DNA of 32,000 bases, taken from an uncultured Chloroflexia bacterium. GTDB taxonomy: Bacteria > Chloroflexota > Anaerolineae > Anaerolineales > Anaerolineaceae. This document shows positions 7,884 to 16,539 of this stretch, piece by piece (position 1 is the first letter of the stretch; each line of letters starts with the position of its first letter). A program made the translations under genes and the position numbers. The notes beneath the pieces were generated by a model. It made no database searches, was not told the origin of the DNA, and saw only the letters and a list, made by a program, of their open reading frames with translations. The stretch is taken from NCBI GenBank assembly GCA_963704755.1, contig OY969938.1, positions 1,020,001-1,052,000 on the forward strand, read 5' to 3'.

Positions 7884-8839
7884 TCGTACCGGTCTCCCTC
7901 CAGCAGGCCACCGAATGGCCCGGCTCGACTTCGATGAACGGCGGTTTTTCGATACACTTTTCGAACGCAACCGGGCAACGGTCCCTGAAACGACAACCGA
8001 CCGGTGGGTCGAGCAGCATTGGCGGTCGACCGGGAATTCCCATCAAGCGCTTTTCGGAGAATTTCACGCCTACCTTGGGCAGTGATGAAATCAGCAGTTT
8101 GGTGTAAGGGTGACGCGGGTTTTGGATGATCGCCTTGGTCGAGGCTTTTTCGGCTAATTCCCCGGCATACATGACCATAATACTGTCTGCGATCTGATAC
8201 AGGATGGAAATATCGTGAGTGATGACGATCACACTTTTGACGAATTTGCGGTCACGGAACTCGACCAGCATCTCGGCCACTGCCTTCTGGCTGGAAACGT
8301 CCAGCGCCGAGGTGATTTCATCCGCAATCAGCAGTGAAGGGTTCAACAGGGTCGAGAGCACCATCACCATGCGCTGTTTCATCCCACCCGAGAGTTCGAT
8401 CGGGAACATGTTCAGCACACTGGTAGGTAGATTTACCAGCTCCAGGCGCCGTTCCAGCTCGGGCAGCATTTCATGGTAACTTACCTTCCGGGATGCCAGC
8501 AAATCCGCGGTCATTCGGCCAATTTTGCGGGTCGGGTTCATCGCGTTCATCGCGTATTGTGGAATGATCGAAACCCGCTCGAACCTGAAACTATCCATCA
8601 TCTCGGAATCGTGGATCGGTAAATTGTCGCCATCCAGAGTAACCTGGCCACCCACATATTTCATCGGTGGGTTGAGCCGGATCAGGCTGTGACCCAGGGT
8701 GGTCTTTCCGCAGCCAGATTCTCCCGCCAGGCCCATGATCTCACCATCGGCTATTTTAAAGGTAGCGCTTTCCAGGGCATGGACATCTCCATGGAGAGTT
8801 CTGGTAATAGACTGTGAGTTTATCTACTTGTAAGCTCAT
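7876..8839 (-). pseudogene. Opp/Dpp-type ABC transporter ATP-binding protein (OppD/DppD-like) interrupted by a one-nucleotide frame change at 8800. This is a true frameshift, a sequencing error or recoding.
   Basis: The ORF track begins at MGLAGESGCGKTT, so Walker A would sit at residue 5 and the N-terminal strands would be missing. An ATG at 8839 lies 3 nt after the oppC stop and has a GGGAG Shine-Dalgarno sequence. It encodes MSLQVDKLTVYYQ in another frame. The +1 frame then continues TLHGDVHALESATFKIADGEIMGLAGESG. The total of 964 nt equals 321 codons plus 1 nt. Confidence 0.85.
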
Positions 8840-8842
8840 CCG

Positions 8843-9700
8843 TTACATCTCCCTGAGTTTGGGATTGAAAACTTCGTCCAGGCCGACGTTCATGATATAA
8901 AGCCCGCCGACGATTGCCGTGATGGCCAATCCTGGTGGTACAAACCACCACCACACACCCAGGAGAAGTGCTCCCCAAAGGACCGCATTATTCATCATCA
9001 AACCCAGCGAAATGGCGTTCGTCGGGCCTAACCCGATGAAATCCAGGGTCGCAGCCGTGAGAACCGCGCCGCCGAATTGCAAGATGAAGGTCATGAATAG
9101 ATAAGACATCATGTTCGGGGCAATTTCGGTGAAGATAATATTCCCCGAACGCATCCCGCTCATCCGTGAAAGATCCACAAAATCGCGGTTGCGCAGCGAG
9201 AAGGTCTGCGCACGGATGGCCCTGGCCGCCCAGGGCCAGGAGGTAAAGCCGATAAAGAGACTCTCAACCATCACACCGCGAACCTTCAGGTAAGCAGCAA
9301 TGATAAGCAAAATAGCCAGGGTGGGGATGACCAGGACGATATTGGTCAAAACATTGAGCACTTCGTCCACAAAACCACCGCGATAGCCCGCCGTAAAGCC
9401 AATTACCACGCCTAAGAGTGTACCCAGGCCGCCACCCACAATACCGACCAGGAAGGTTGCCTTAAGGCCTAGCAGGAATTGGGTCAATACATCCTGCCCC
9501 AGGGTGGTCGTCCCCAACAGGAACTTGGATGAAGGCGGTAAGGCGCCCTGAGAAACGAATTCATCTGGCTTGTGTGTAACGAACATTGGGCCGACGATTG
9601 CTAAAATGACGAAGAACAGCACCACAAACAGGCCAATCCGCAGTTTGGTGTTTCGCCATGCAAAATAGAGGAACTCGTTCTTCTTTTTCGTCGCCTTCAT
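8843..9700 (-). CDS. Opp/Dpp-type ABC transporter permease (OppC/DppC-like)
   Basis: The 285-aa membrane protein has an N-terminal TM helix and a BPD-transporter EAA-like loop (SRMSGMRSGNIIFTEIAPN). It overlaps the preceding permease gene by 4 nt. Confidence 0.88.
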   Translation of the reverse strand: MKATKKKNEFLYFAWRNTKLRIGLFVVLFFVILAIVGPMFVTHKPDEFVSQGALPPSSKFLLGTTTLGQDVLTQFLLGLKATFLVGIVGGGLGTLLGVVIGFTAGYRGGFVDEVLNVLTNIVLVIPTLAILLIIAAYLKVRGVMVESLFIGFTSWPWAARAIRAQTFSLRNRDFVDLSRMSGMRSGNIIFTEIAPNMMSYLFMTFILQFGGAVLTAATLDFIGLGPTNAISLGLMMNNAVLWGALLLGVWWWFVPPGLAITAIVGGLYIMNVGLDEVFNPKLREM

Positions 9701-10689
9701 GCTGATTTACCTAGCATTCCCATCCGGGTGCGCGGATCCACCAGGACATAAACGATATCGATGGCGAAATTAGCCAGCAACACCCCGATAATAATGAACA
9801 AGAAACATCCTTGCAGCAGGAAGTAATCCTGGTTTTGGATGGCTTCCAGAATCAGGTAACCGATGCCCGGGTAAGAAAACACGATCTCGGTGGCCAGCGC
9901 TCCGGCAATAATGACACCCAGTTGCAGTGCCAGGCCAGTTAATTGGGGCAGGACGGCATTCCTAAATGCATACCGCCGGACCAGTTTTTTTGGCGCCCCC
10001 AGCGCTTCGAGATAGTGTGAATAGTCGGCTTCGAGTTCGTAGATAATCATGTTACGCATGCCGATCGCCCAACCGCCGAATTGCACCATGAAGAGCGAGG
10101 CAAATGGTAAAAACCAGTGTTGCAATAAGCTGCCGATAAAAGCCCAGGACAAAGTGGGCCTCATCGAAAAGCTATACGCTCCTGAAATTGGAAAGATATG
10201 AAGGACGATTCCAAACACCCATCCCAGCAAAATTCCCAGCCACATATACGGCGTAGCGGTGAGGATATAGCCAATAGGTGAAATCGTGTTGTCCAGCCGT
10301 TTGGTGCGAGCTGCGATCGCTCCGAAATTATTACCGGCAAACCAGCTTAACAGGATAGCCGGGAGCAGCAGAAAGAGGTCGTAGGGTACGGCTCTTTTAA
10401 TGACCGTGATCACGGGTGTCGGATAAACAAATACGCTCGTTCCCAGGTCACCATGGAAAAGAGCCACCCAAAAGTTTAGATATTGTTTCCAAATCGGTAA
10501 ATCCAGGCCAAAAGCTTTGGTGAAATAACCGGTCATGGCCTGGGCGGCATTTGCCCGTAAACTATAGCGTGACAAAAGAATTTGGACGGGATCACCGGGC
10601 ATGAAGCGCGGGATCATCCAATCGATGGTCACCGCCAGGAAGAATGTTAAGAGGTAGATGAGGATCTTTCTCCTGATGTATCGGTTCAC
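9697..10689 (-). CDS. Opp/Dpp-type ABC transporter permease (OppB/DppB-like)
   Basis: The 330-aa ORF has the N-terminus MNRYIRRKILIYLLTFFLAVTIDWMIPRFMPGDP, characteristic of OppB/DppB. It also has an EAA loop (YLEALGAPKKLVRRYAFRNA). It starts at GTG with a GGAG Shine-Dalgarno sequence. Confidence 0.9.
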   Translation of the reverse strand: MNRYIRRKILIYLLTFFLAVTIDWMIPRFMPGDPVQILLSRYSLRANAAQAMTGYFTKAFGLDLPIWKQYLNFWVALFHGDLGTSVFVYPTPVITVIKRAVPYDLFLLLPAILLSWFAGNNFGAIAARTKRLDNTISPIGYILTATPYMWLGILLGWVFGIVLHIFPISGAYSFSMRPTLSWAFIGSLLQHWFLPFASLFMVQFGGWAIGMRNMIIYELEADYSHYLEALGAPKKLVRRYAFRNAVLPQLTGLALQLGVIIAGALATEIVFSYPGIGYLILEAIQNQDYFLLQGCFLFIIIGVLLANFAIDIVYVLVDPRTRMGMLGKSA

Positions 10690-10808
10690 GCGAGCTCCTT
10701 CTTCCTTAAAAACAATTTACTACTCAGCACCAATTACAAAATCGCGGAGAAATAAGCCTACCATCCGGCGCAGTCCCCTTCTGCGTCCTTGTTTCTCCAA
10801 AAGTAAAT

Positions 10809-10880
10809 AAAAAAAATAGGCGGTAGTGAAGGGAGGATGTTCAATCCCGCCCCTCCCATTGCAAGCAACGAGAGGGGCGG
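10809..10880 (-). terminator. Intercistronic stem-loops plus a T8 tract between the SBP and permease genes, a putative partial terminator or mRNA-stabilising element
   Basis: On the minus strand CCGCCCCTC and GAGGGGCGG form a perfect 9-bp stem (10880-10847). An alternative GGGAGG/CCTCCC pairing follows, then TATTTTTTTTATTT (10818-10805). Such elements are common downstream of highly expressed SBP genes. Confidence 0.4.
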
Positions 10881-10894
10881 TTCGGAGAAAGATG

Positions 10895-12706
10895 CTACTG
10901 AGCGGCCGCGGCAGGCTGTAAATCACACAGCATGAGGATAGCGGTCATATTCCAGTAACCACGCCAGGTTACCGGCAGGTAATGGTTGGCATCGGTTGCC
11001 TCAGACGGCCAGTTGGTCCAGTAGGTGTTGTTGTACTGAGCCCAGGCGCCGTTGTACCACATCGGGATCAACGGTACGTTTTGCATCTGGATCGTCTGCA
11101 ATTGCGAAATGATGGATTTCATCGTAGCAACATCATCAGTCTTGGTCTGGTCGAGCTGATCAACCAGGTCGAAGGCTTTTTGATTGTCGTAGCGGCCATA
11201 GTTACCATTCTGGATGGTCGCGACGTTCGCCAGATCGCTCATGAATATCCAATGGTAGTACGTCCAGGGGCTGTTGCTCATCTGCGCGTCATTGGCGATC
11301 ATCATATCGAAGGTGGCGTTGTTGCGCTGATCGATGTAGCCGCCATAGTCCGGGAAGTTGGATTGGGCATCAATGCCGATCGCCTGCAGGCTGCTGACGA
11401 TGATCTTGTTGGCTTCCATCCAGTCTGTCCAGCCATCCGGGTTATTGACGTTCAATTGAATCTTCGAGCCATCCGGAGCTTCAACGAAACCATCGCCATC
11501 GATATCTTTGTAGCCGGCGGCTGCCAGGATTTGCTTGGCCTTGTCCGGATCGTATGAGATACCGTCTTTGCTGACGACAGCCTGATCCACATACTGGTCC
11601 CAAATGGGCAGTAAGCCGGTCGGGTTGGAGGCAGCTACGATGTTGCCATAGTCCTGGTCAACGATCTGCTGAACGTTGATGCCGTAGGCAACTGCCTTGC
11701 GGAAGTTGACGTCATCCATAGGCTTCTTGGTCAGGTTCAGGAGCAGCCAGGCCGTGTTGGCAGAAAGCATATATGGAGGCTGAGAGTAGTAAGTCTGAAC
11801 GCCATAACCACCGTTGACCAGCGTGGCGATGCCGGGCAGGAAGTTGTTACTCAGGTCAAGTCCGCCTTGCAGGACCATACCCAGGGCAACGTTGTTGCTG
11901 CCGTTGACCACATCGACGATGTACTTTGGCTTGGGATCCAGATTGAGAGCCGAAATCGCCCACCAGTTGGGGTTCTTCACCCACACCATGCGGTCCTGGC
12001 CGTAGGAGTTGAACAGGTACGGGCCGGTGCCGACAGGTTTCTCATTGGCGCCAGAGGTGATCTCATCCTGGCTCATGCTAGACCACAGGTGCTGCGGCAC
12101 AACGGGGGTTGAGTAGAGGACGTTCGCCCACTGTTGGTACAGAGCCTTGGTGAAATTGAAGTCGAGGGTGTAATCATCCACCTGGTCGATGCTGGAGAGG
12201 AAGTCCCAGATTGTGCTGATGTTGATCGGGTTCGTTTTGCCAAGTTCGAATGTGAATTTCACATCCGCAGCGGTGAGGGGCTGGCCATCCGACCAGTTGA
12301 TGCCCTGGCGAATTTTTACTTCATAGACGGTATCGCTCGTCCAGTCGCCGCTTTCGGCCAACCAGGGTTTGTACTCGTTGGTCATCGGGTCATACAGGAA
12401 CAGGGTTTCATAGACCAGGCCCAGGGTGCCCATGGCATAACCACCGGTGTTGAAGGGGTTCCAACTGGAAGGTGGGCCATACTGTGTACCGCTGGTGTAA
12501 AGGGTTTCATCCCTTGGGAAGGTTTCTGCTGAGGCTTCCGGGGTGGCGGTCACGATTTGTGTTTCTGGCGTGCCCGGGACGATCACGGTCTGCTGAATCA
12601 CTTCCGGGGGCTGAGTCGCAGCCGGCGTTGCTGCCGGGCTACAGCTTGTTAGTGCCAAGCTCGCTAAAATAACGATACTTGCGACAGTCAATACTACCTT
12701 ACGCAT
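10895..12706 (-). CDS. ABC transporter substrate-binding lipoprotein, family 5 (OppA/DppA-like), probably binding an oligosaccharide
   Basis: The 603-aa ORF has a signal peptide with the lipobox LALTSC followed by a Pro/Ala/Thr-rich linker. Its size and position ahead of the BCDF genes fit an OppA/DppA-type SBP. A GGAGG Shine-Dalgarno sequence lies upstream. Confidence 0.88.
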   Translation of the reverse strand: MRKVVLTVASIVILASLALTSCSPAATPAATQPPEVIQQTVIVPGTPETQIVTATPEASAETFPRDETLYTSGTQYGPPSSWNPFNTGGYAMGTLGLVYETLFLYDPMTNEYKPWLAESGDWTSDTVYEVKIRQGINWSDGQPLTAADVKFTFELGKTNPINISTIWDFLSSIDQVDDYTLDFNFTKALYQQWANVLYSTPVVPQHLWSSMSQDEITSGANEKPVGTGPYLFNSYGQDRMVWVKNPNWWAISALNLDPKPKYIVDVVNGSNNVALGMVLQGGLDLSNNFLPGIATLVNGGYGVQTYYSQPPYMLSANTAWLLLNLTKKPMDDVNFRKAVAYGINVQQIVDQDYGNIVAASNPTGLLPIWDQYVDQAVVSKDGISYDPDKAKQILAAAGYKDIDGDGFVEAPDGSKIQLNVNNPDGWTDWMEANKIIVSSLQAIGIDAQSNFPDYGGYIDQRNNATFDMMIANDAQMSNSPWTYYHWIFMSDLANVATIQNGNYGRYDNQKAFDLVDQLDQTKTDDVATMKSIISQLQTIQMQNVPLIPMWYNGAWAQYNNTYWTNWPSEATDANHYLPVTWRGYWNMTAILMLCDLQPAAAAQ

Positions 12707-12747
12707 TTTCGTCCTCCTAAAGAGTCACTCGGTTTAGAAAAGAGACA

Positions 12748-12760
12748 TTGTGAGTCACAA
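12748..12760. promoter_or_regulatory. LacI-type operator candidate upstream of the SBP gene
   Basis: TTGTGA-G-TCACAA is a perfect 6+1+6 palindrome located 42-54 nt upstream of the SBP ATG. It resembles the lac-type half-site TGTGAG. Confidence 0.45.
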
Positions 12761-12866
12761 ATTGGTTGCTCTTGTTATCTTCACCTCCTGAGATTGGCCG
12801 GCGATTTTGCTTCCCTTCCCTCAAACCGCCTTTATACGAAAAACACGTGCACCGAATTTGCTAAGC

Positions 12867-13898
12867 TTACTTCCTGCGGGATGCTCCGCAAGAATTGCGA
12901 ATTATTAATTCTGTATCCATGATGATGCGCCGGACCGGCTTGAGACCGTTGACAATCTGGTCGATCAGCACTTCGACTGCCTGGAAACCAAACTGGTAGA
13001 TCGGCTGGCGCACGGTCGTCAGGGGCGGATCTGGCAGCTTTGCCATAGGCAAATCATCAAATCCCACGATCGCCACATCGTCGGGGATGCGCAGCCCGGC
13101 GTCATGGATTGCCCGTACCGCTCCAATTGCCATCAAATCCGAGGCCACAAAAACCGCGTCGGGCTTGGCAGAAAGAAGCTGCTGCATGGAATAATAGCCA
13201 CTCGTTTCGGTAAAATCGCCACAAATAATTAATTTCTCGTCCACGTCGCGGCCGCGCTCGGTCAGCGCTTTGATATAGCCGGCCTTCCGGTCGATACTCA
13301 CCGTACTTTCCGGGGTACCTGTGATCGTACCGATGCGCTTGTAGCCCAGGCGGATCAGGTGACTGACGGCGTTATAAGCTGCATTGACGTTGTCCACGTC
13401 GATGTAGCTGACGTCTTCGTCGTGGAATGGGCGGCCAGCGATGACCAGCGGCACGTTGGATTGGACCAGGCGGTCGATCAATTGATCACCGAACTGGCCG
13501 GATTGGACGATAATGCCATCCAAAAAACTCTTACGGCTTATTCGCGGATAAATTTTCTCCTCGTCCTCTTTGGTGCCAATCAGGAAGAGGTTGAGGGTGT
13601 AATCGTATTGATTGCAGGCCTGGGCAATGCCCTGGGTAAGCCGGGGAAAATAAGGATCCAGAAAAAAGCTGTTTACGCTACGTGGAACGACCAGGCCAAT
13701 CATCCAGGTGCGCTGCGATGCCAGAGTGCGTGCAGCCGCATTGGGATGGTAGCCGGTTTTTTCAATCACCCCCAGAACACGTTTGCGGACGTCATCTCTG
13801 ACGTTAGGATGATCATTAATTACCCGAGAAACTGTTGATCTTGAGACCCCCGCCTGTTTTGCCACGTCTTCCAGAGTTAAAATCTGACATATCCCCAT
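12867..13898 (-). CDS. LacI-family transcriptional regulator (copy 1)
   Basis: The HTH is LTLEDVAKQAGVSRSTVSRVINDHPNV, followed by a periplasmic-binding-protein-like sugar-binding core. The ORF track extends to a TTG at 13934. The ATG at 13898 (MGICQILTLEDVAK) gives the usual short N-terminus, but the start is uncertain. Confidence 0.88.
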   Translation of the reverse strand: MGICQILTLEDVAKQAGVSRSTVSRVINDHPNVRDDVRKRVLGVIEKTGYHPNAAARTLASQRTWMIGLVVPRSVNSFFLDPYFPRLTQGIAQACNQYDYTLNLFLIGTKEDEEKIYPRISRKSFLDGIIVQSGQFGDQLIDRLVQSNVPLVIAGRPFHDEDVSYIDVDNVNAAYNAVSHLIRLGYKRIGTITGTPESTVSIDRKAGYIKALTERGRDVDEKLIICGDFTETSGYYSMQQLLSAKPDAVFVASDLMAIGAVRAIHDAGLRIPDDVAIVGFDDLPMAKLPDPPLTTVRQPIYQFGFQAVEVLIDQIVNGLKPVRRIIMDTELIIRNSCGASRRK

Positions 13899-13942
13899 CC
13901 CAAGACAGCTATAGTATTGAATGTGACAACCCAATATGGGAT

Positions 13943-13956
13943 TGAAAGCGCTCCCA
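13943..13956. promoter_or_regulatory. cre-like or LacI-family operator in the leader of LacI copy 1
   Basis: TGAAAGCGCTCCCA matches 13 of 14 positions of the cre-type consensus TGWAANCGNTNWCA. It sits about 10-25 nt downstream of the predicted -10 element. Confidence 0.4.
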
Positions 13957-13967
13957 ACGTCTCAATC

Positions 13968-13996
13968 ATTATATAAAATTTTAATTCAAGAGTCAA
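13968..13996 (-). promoter_or_regulatory. Near-consensus sigma70 promoter for LacI copy 1 and possibly the whole transporter operon
   Basis: The minus strand reads TTGACT (13996-13991), a 17-nt spacer, then TATAAT (13973-13968). Confidence 0.6.
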
Positions 13997-14372
13997 TATT
14001 ATTTATTAAATTATTTCAAATTGGCCGCCGAATTCCACTGCATTCATCAAATTTTCATTATCTAGTAAAAAATAGTCTTACAATCCGCTAAAATTTTAGT
14101 GCAATATGCCGCAATCCGGCATTATAGCCCCCATTTTTGCAGGGCTTTGCAACAAAATGCTTAAAATTTGCGGATCGACCGCCCAACCAGAGAAGGGTCG
14201 GTTGGAACCGTTCCCAAGGCCAAAAACGGATAAAACGAGGCCGGAAAACCACTCTACCGGCGCATTTTTGTTGTAATTCGGAAAATTGCTCCCTCAAAAA
14301 GACCCCCAAACTGCACTAAAAACGGTCCAAAACTCACCCTTGAGTCGCAATTTAAGGCACAGAAAGAATTGC

Positions 14373-14400
14373 TTGACAACTAAAAAGAGAATGCTAAAAT
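14373..14400 (+). promoter_or_regulatory. Sigma70 promoter with an extended -10 for the operon of LacI copy 2 and the GH130 gene
   Basis: TTGACA (14373-14378), a 16-nt spacer ending in TGC, then TAAAAT (14395-14400). Confidence 0.6.
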
Positions 14401-14425
14401 ATAGTTTGATTTTATTTAAAATTTG

Positions 14426-14440
14426 ACTAAATTGTTTAGT
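14426..14440. promoter_or_regulatory. Operator-like palindrome between the promoter and the start of LacI copy 2
   Basis: ACTAAA-TTG-TTTAGT is a perfect 6+3+6 palindrome, about 20 nt downstream of the predicted transcription start and 18 nt upstream of the ATG. Confidence 0.4.
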
Positions 14441-14457
14441 AAATATCGAGGAATTGA

Positions 14458-15495
14458 ATGAAAGACAAGACCAAGATCAGCGATATCGCCCGTGAAAGTA
14501 ATGTTTCCATTTCGACCGTGTCGCTTGTCTTGAATAATAAACCGGGTGTGTCGATTGAAACCCGCTCACGGGTGCTTGAAATCGCTCAAAAATACGAATA
14601 CCCGGTCAAGTCTGGCAGCGTAATCAGCAAATCCACCCGCCTGGGGACCATCGGTATGGTGGTGAAGACCGACCCGGAAATGCCCCCCACCGCAAACCCA
14701 TTCTATTCCAAAGTGATGATGGGTATCGAAGATAGTTGCCGCAAGAACGGCATCGACTTGCTTTTTGCAACGCTGCCAGTGGACGAGAACAATTACCCCC
14801 AGGAAATTCCTCAACTGATTTACAACGATCTGGTGGATGGTTTGCTGTTGGTGGGCACTTGCATGGACGGGCCGATCCAATCTCTGCCGGGCAAGCGAAA
14901 ATTTCCCGTGGTACTGGTGGACGGCTATTCCACCAGCGAAAGCTACGACACCGTCATTTCGGACAACTTTCGGGCATCCTACCAGGCGATCGAATATTTG
15001 CTGGAAAAGGGCCACCGCCACATCGGCTTAATCGGCAGCGAGGCAGTTTGTTATCCCAGCCTGCGCGACCGGCGGAACGGCTATCTGCGCGCATTGAAAG
15101 AAAACGGCATCAACGATACCTATTTGGCCGATTTCAATTTGAACCACACGAAGGGCTTTCAGGAAACGATCGACCTGCTCAATGCCAACCCGCAGGTAAC
15201 GGCATTATTCTGCATCAACGATGATGTCGGCTGCATGGCCATCCGCGCGGTACAAAGCATGGGCAAACGTGTGCCCGAAGATATCTCCATCATCGGCTAC
15301 GACGATACCTACCTGGCATCGAACTCACTGCCCGGACTGACGACCATGCACGTGGATACCGTGGCCATGGGGCGCGCGGCCGTCGATTTATTATCTCTTC
15401 GGCTCAATAACCCTGAGTCAGCTCGAATGACCTTGACCATTCACCCCAAATTGACCCTCCGTGAATCGGTCGGTGTATCCCAATCCATCTCTTGA
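14458..15495 (+). CDS. LacI-family transcriptional regulator (copy 2)
   Basis: The 345-aa ORF has the HTH KISDIARESNVSISTVSLVLNNKPGV and a PBP-type effector domain (IIGYDD). Confidence 0.9.
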   Translation: MKDKTKISDIARESNVSISTVSLVLNNKPGVSIETRSRVLEIAQKYEYPVKSGSVISKSTRLGTIGMVVKTDPEMPPTANPFYSKVMMGIEDSCRKNGIDLLFATLPVDENNYPQEIPQLIYNDLVDGLLLVGTCMDGPIQSLPGKRKFPVVLVDGYSTSESYDTVISDNFRASYQAIEYLLEKGHRHIGLIGSEAVCYPSLRDRRNGYLRALKENGINDTYLADFNLNHTKGFQETIDLLNANPQVTALFCINDDVGCMAIRAVQSMGKRVPEDISIIGYDDTYLASNSLPGLTTMHVDTVAMGRAAVDLLSLRLNNPESARMTLTIHPKLTLRESVGVSQSIS

Positions 15496-15513
15496 ACAGG
15501 TTGATTTAGCCCT

Positions 15514-16476
15514 ATGACCGATCGTGCTCTGCCTAATATCCCCTGGGAAGAACGACCTGCGGGTTGTTCCGATGTTGTCTGGCGCTACAGCGCCAATCCG
15601 ATTATCCCGCGAAATTTGATTCCCGCTTCCAACAGTATTTTCAACAGTGCGGTGGTGCCCTACCAGAGCAAGTATGCCGGTGTATTCCGCTGCGACAACA
15701 AGAAGCGTGAAATGAACATCCATCGGGGTTTCAGCCAGAACGGCATCGATTGGCAGATCGATAACGACCCGATCGCTTTCCATTTCGACGACCCCGAGCT
15801 CAGTCCCTTCCAATACCGCTACGACCCGCGGGTGGTCTGGCTGGAGGACCGCTATTACGTGACCTGGTGCAACGGTTACCACGGTCCGACCATCGGTATT
15901 GGCTACACGTACGATTTCAACGATTTCTACTTCATGGAAAATGCCCTCCTGCCCTTCAACCGCAACGGCGTGCTTTTCCCGCGTAGAATCAATGGGAAAT
16001 ACATGCTGCTCAACCGGCCCAGCGACAATGGCCATACCCCCTTCGGCGATATTTACCTCAGCCAGAGTCTCGATCTAATCCATTGGGGCGAGCACCGCTT
16101 TGTGATGGGTACCCGCGGCGGCTGGCAAAGCACCAAGATTGGCGCCGGCCCGGTACCGATCGAGACCCCGCAAGGCTGGCTGCTGTTCTATCACGGGGTC
16201 ATCACATCCTGCAACGGGTTTGTGTACAGCTTTGGCGCCGCCTTGCTCGATTTGGACCAGCCCTGGAAGGTCATTGCCCGCAACGATTCGTACCTGCTCT
16301 CCCCGCAAACCTTCTATGAGTGCGTCGGCGACGTGCCCAATGTGGTCTTTCCCTGCGCCACCCTGTATGACCAGCCCACCGGGCGGATCGCCATCTATTA
16401 CGGCGGGGCCGATACCGTCACCGCCCTGGCCTTCGCAAAAATCGGCGAAGTCCTGGATTTTTTGAACGAGAAATAA
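15514..16476 (+). CDS. Glycoside hydrolase family 130 beta-1,4-mannoside phosphorylase (mannooligosaccharide, Man-Glc or Man-GlcNAc phosphorylase type)
   Basis: The 320-aa ORF has an N-terminus [35 protein letters not shown] and internal motifs [38 protein letters not shown] and IYYGGADT. These are characteristic of the GH130 five-bladed propeller phosphorylases. No signal peptide is present. Confidence 0.85.
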   Translation: MTDRALPNIPWEERPAGCSDVVWRYSANPIIPRNLIPASNSIFNSAVVPYQSKYAGVFRCDNKKREMNIHRGFSQNGIDWQIDNDPIAFHFDDPELSPFQYRYDPRVVWLEDRYYVTWCNGYHGPTIGIGYTYDFNDFYFMENALLPFNRNGVLFPRRINGKYMLLNRPSDNGHTPFGDIYLSQSLDLIHWGEHRFVMGTRGGWQSTKIGAGPVPIETPQGWLLFYHGVITSCNGFVYSFGAALLDLDQPWKVIARNDSYLLSPQTFYECVGDVPNVVFPCATLYDQPTGRIAIYYGGADTVTALAFAKIGEVLDFLNEK

Positions 16477-16492
16477 TCTACCCGACAGTTGT

Positions 16493-16539
16493 AGCCGGGC
16501 CTCGTATCCCGGCTTTGTAGCCCGGCTTTCAAAGCCGGG
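16493..16539 (+). repeat. Two tandem GC-rich hairpins built from AGCCGGG/CCCGGCT units, a 3' UTR or weak terminator of the GH130 gene
   Basis: AGCCGGG (16493-99) pairs with CCCGGCT (16508-14) and is followed by TTGT. CCCGGCTTT (16521-29) pairs with AAAGCCGGG (16531-39). Confidence 0.6.

Noticed and set aside
7884-7970. N-terminal 29-aa extension of the OppF-like ORF (MRSKSVSKNRRSSKSSRAIRWPAGGRPVR).
   Set aside because: It overlaps the 3' end of the preceding ATPase gene and is basic, low-complexity sequence. The internal start MLKLDNISKIY matches the family N-terminus and gives an 8-nt coupled overlap.
8795-8804. Classical programmed +1 frameshifting of the prfB or Ty1 type as the explanation for the two frame breaks.
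   Set aside because: There is no slippery P-site codon that can re-pair in the +1 frame (CAG to AGA, AAC to ACU, UCU to CUC). No in-frame stop or obviously rare A-site codon is present, and there is no upstream SD-like stimulator at the right distance. Recoding therefore remains only a low-probability alternative.
10839-10857. tRNA-like fragment (GTTCAATCC ... CCA), suggestive of a T-arm plus acceptor end.
   Set aside because: The flanking 5 nt do not pair as a T-stem (GGATG against CCGCC). No complementary 5' acceptor strand or anticodon arm lies upstream. The sequence is better explained as part of the minus-strand intercistronic hairpins.
10720-10926. 68-aa ORF in the spacer between the SBP and permease genes.
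   Set aside because: It spans the stem-loops and T-tract and overlaps the SBP stop. It has no Shine-Dalgarno sequence and an implausible composition.
14088-14319. Overlapping small ORFs (73 aa on the minus strand, 60 aa on the plus strand) in the divergent spacer between the two LacI genes.
   Set aside because: They occupy the same DNA on opposite strands. Neither has a ribosome-binding site or motifs, and the 60-aa product is simply a basic low-complexity sequence.
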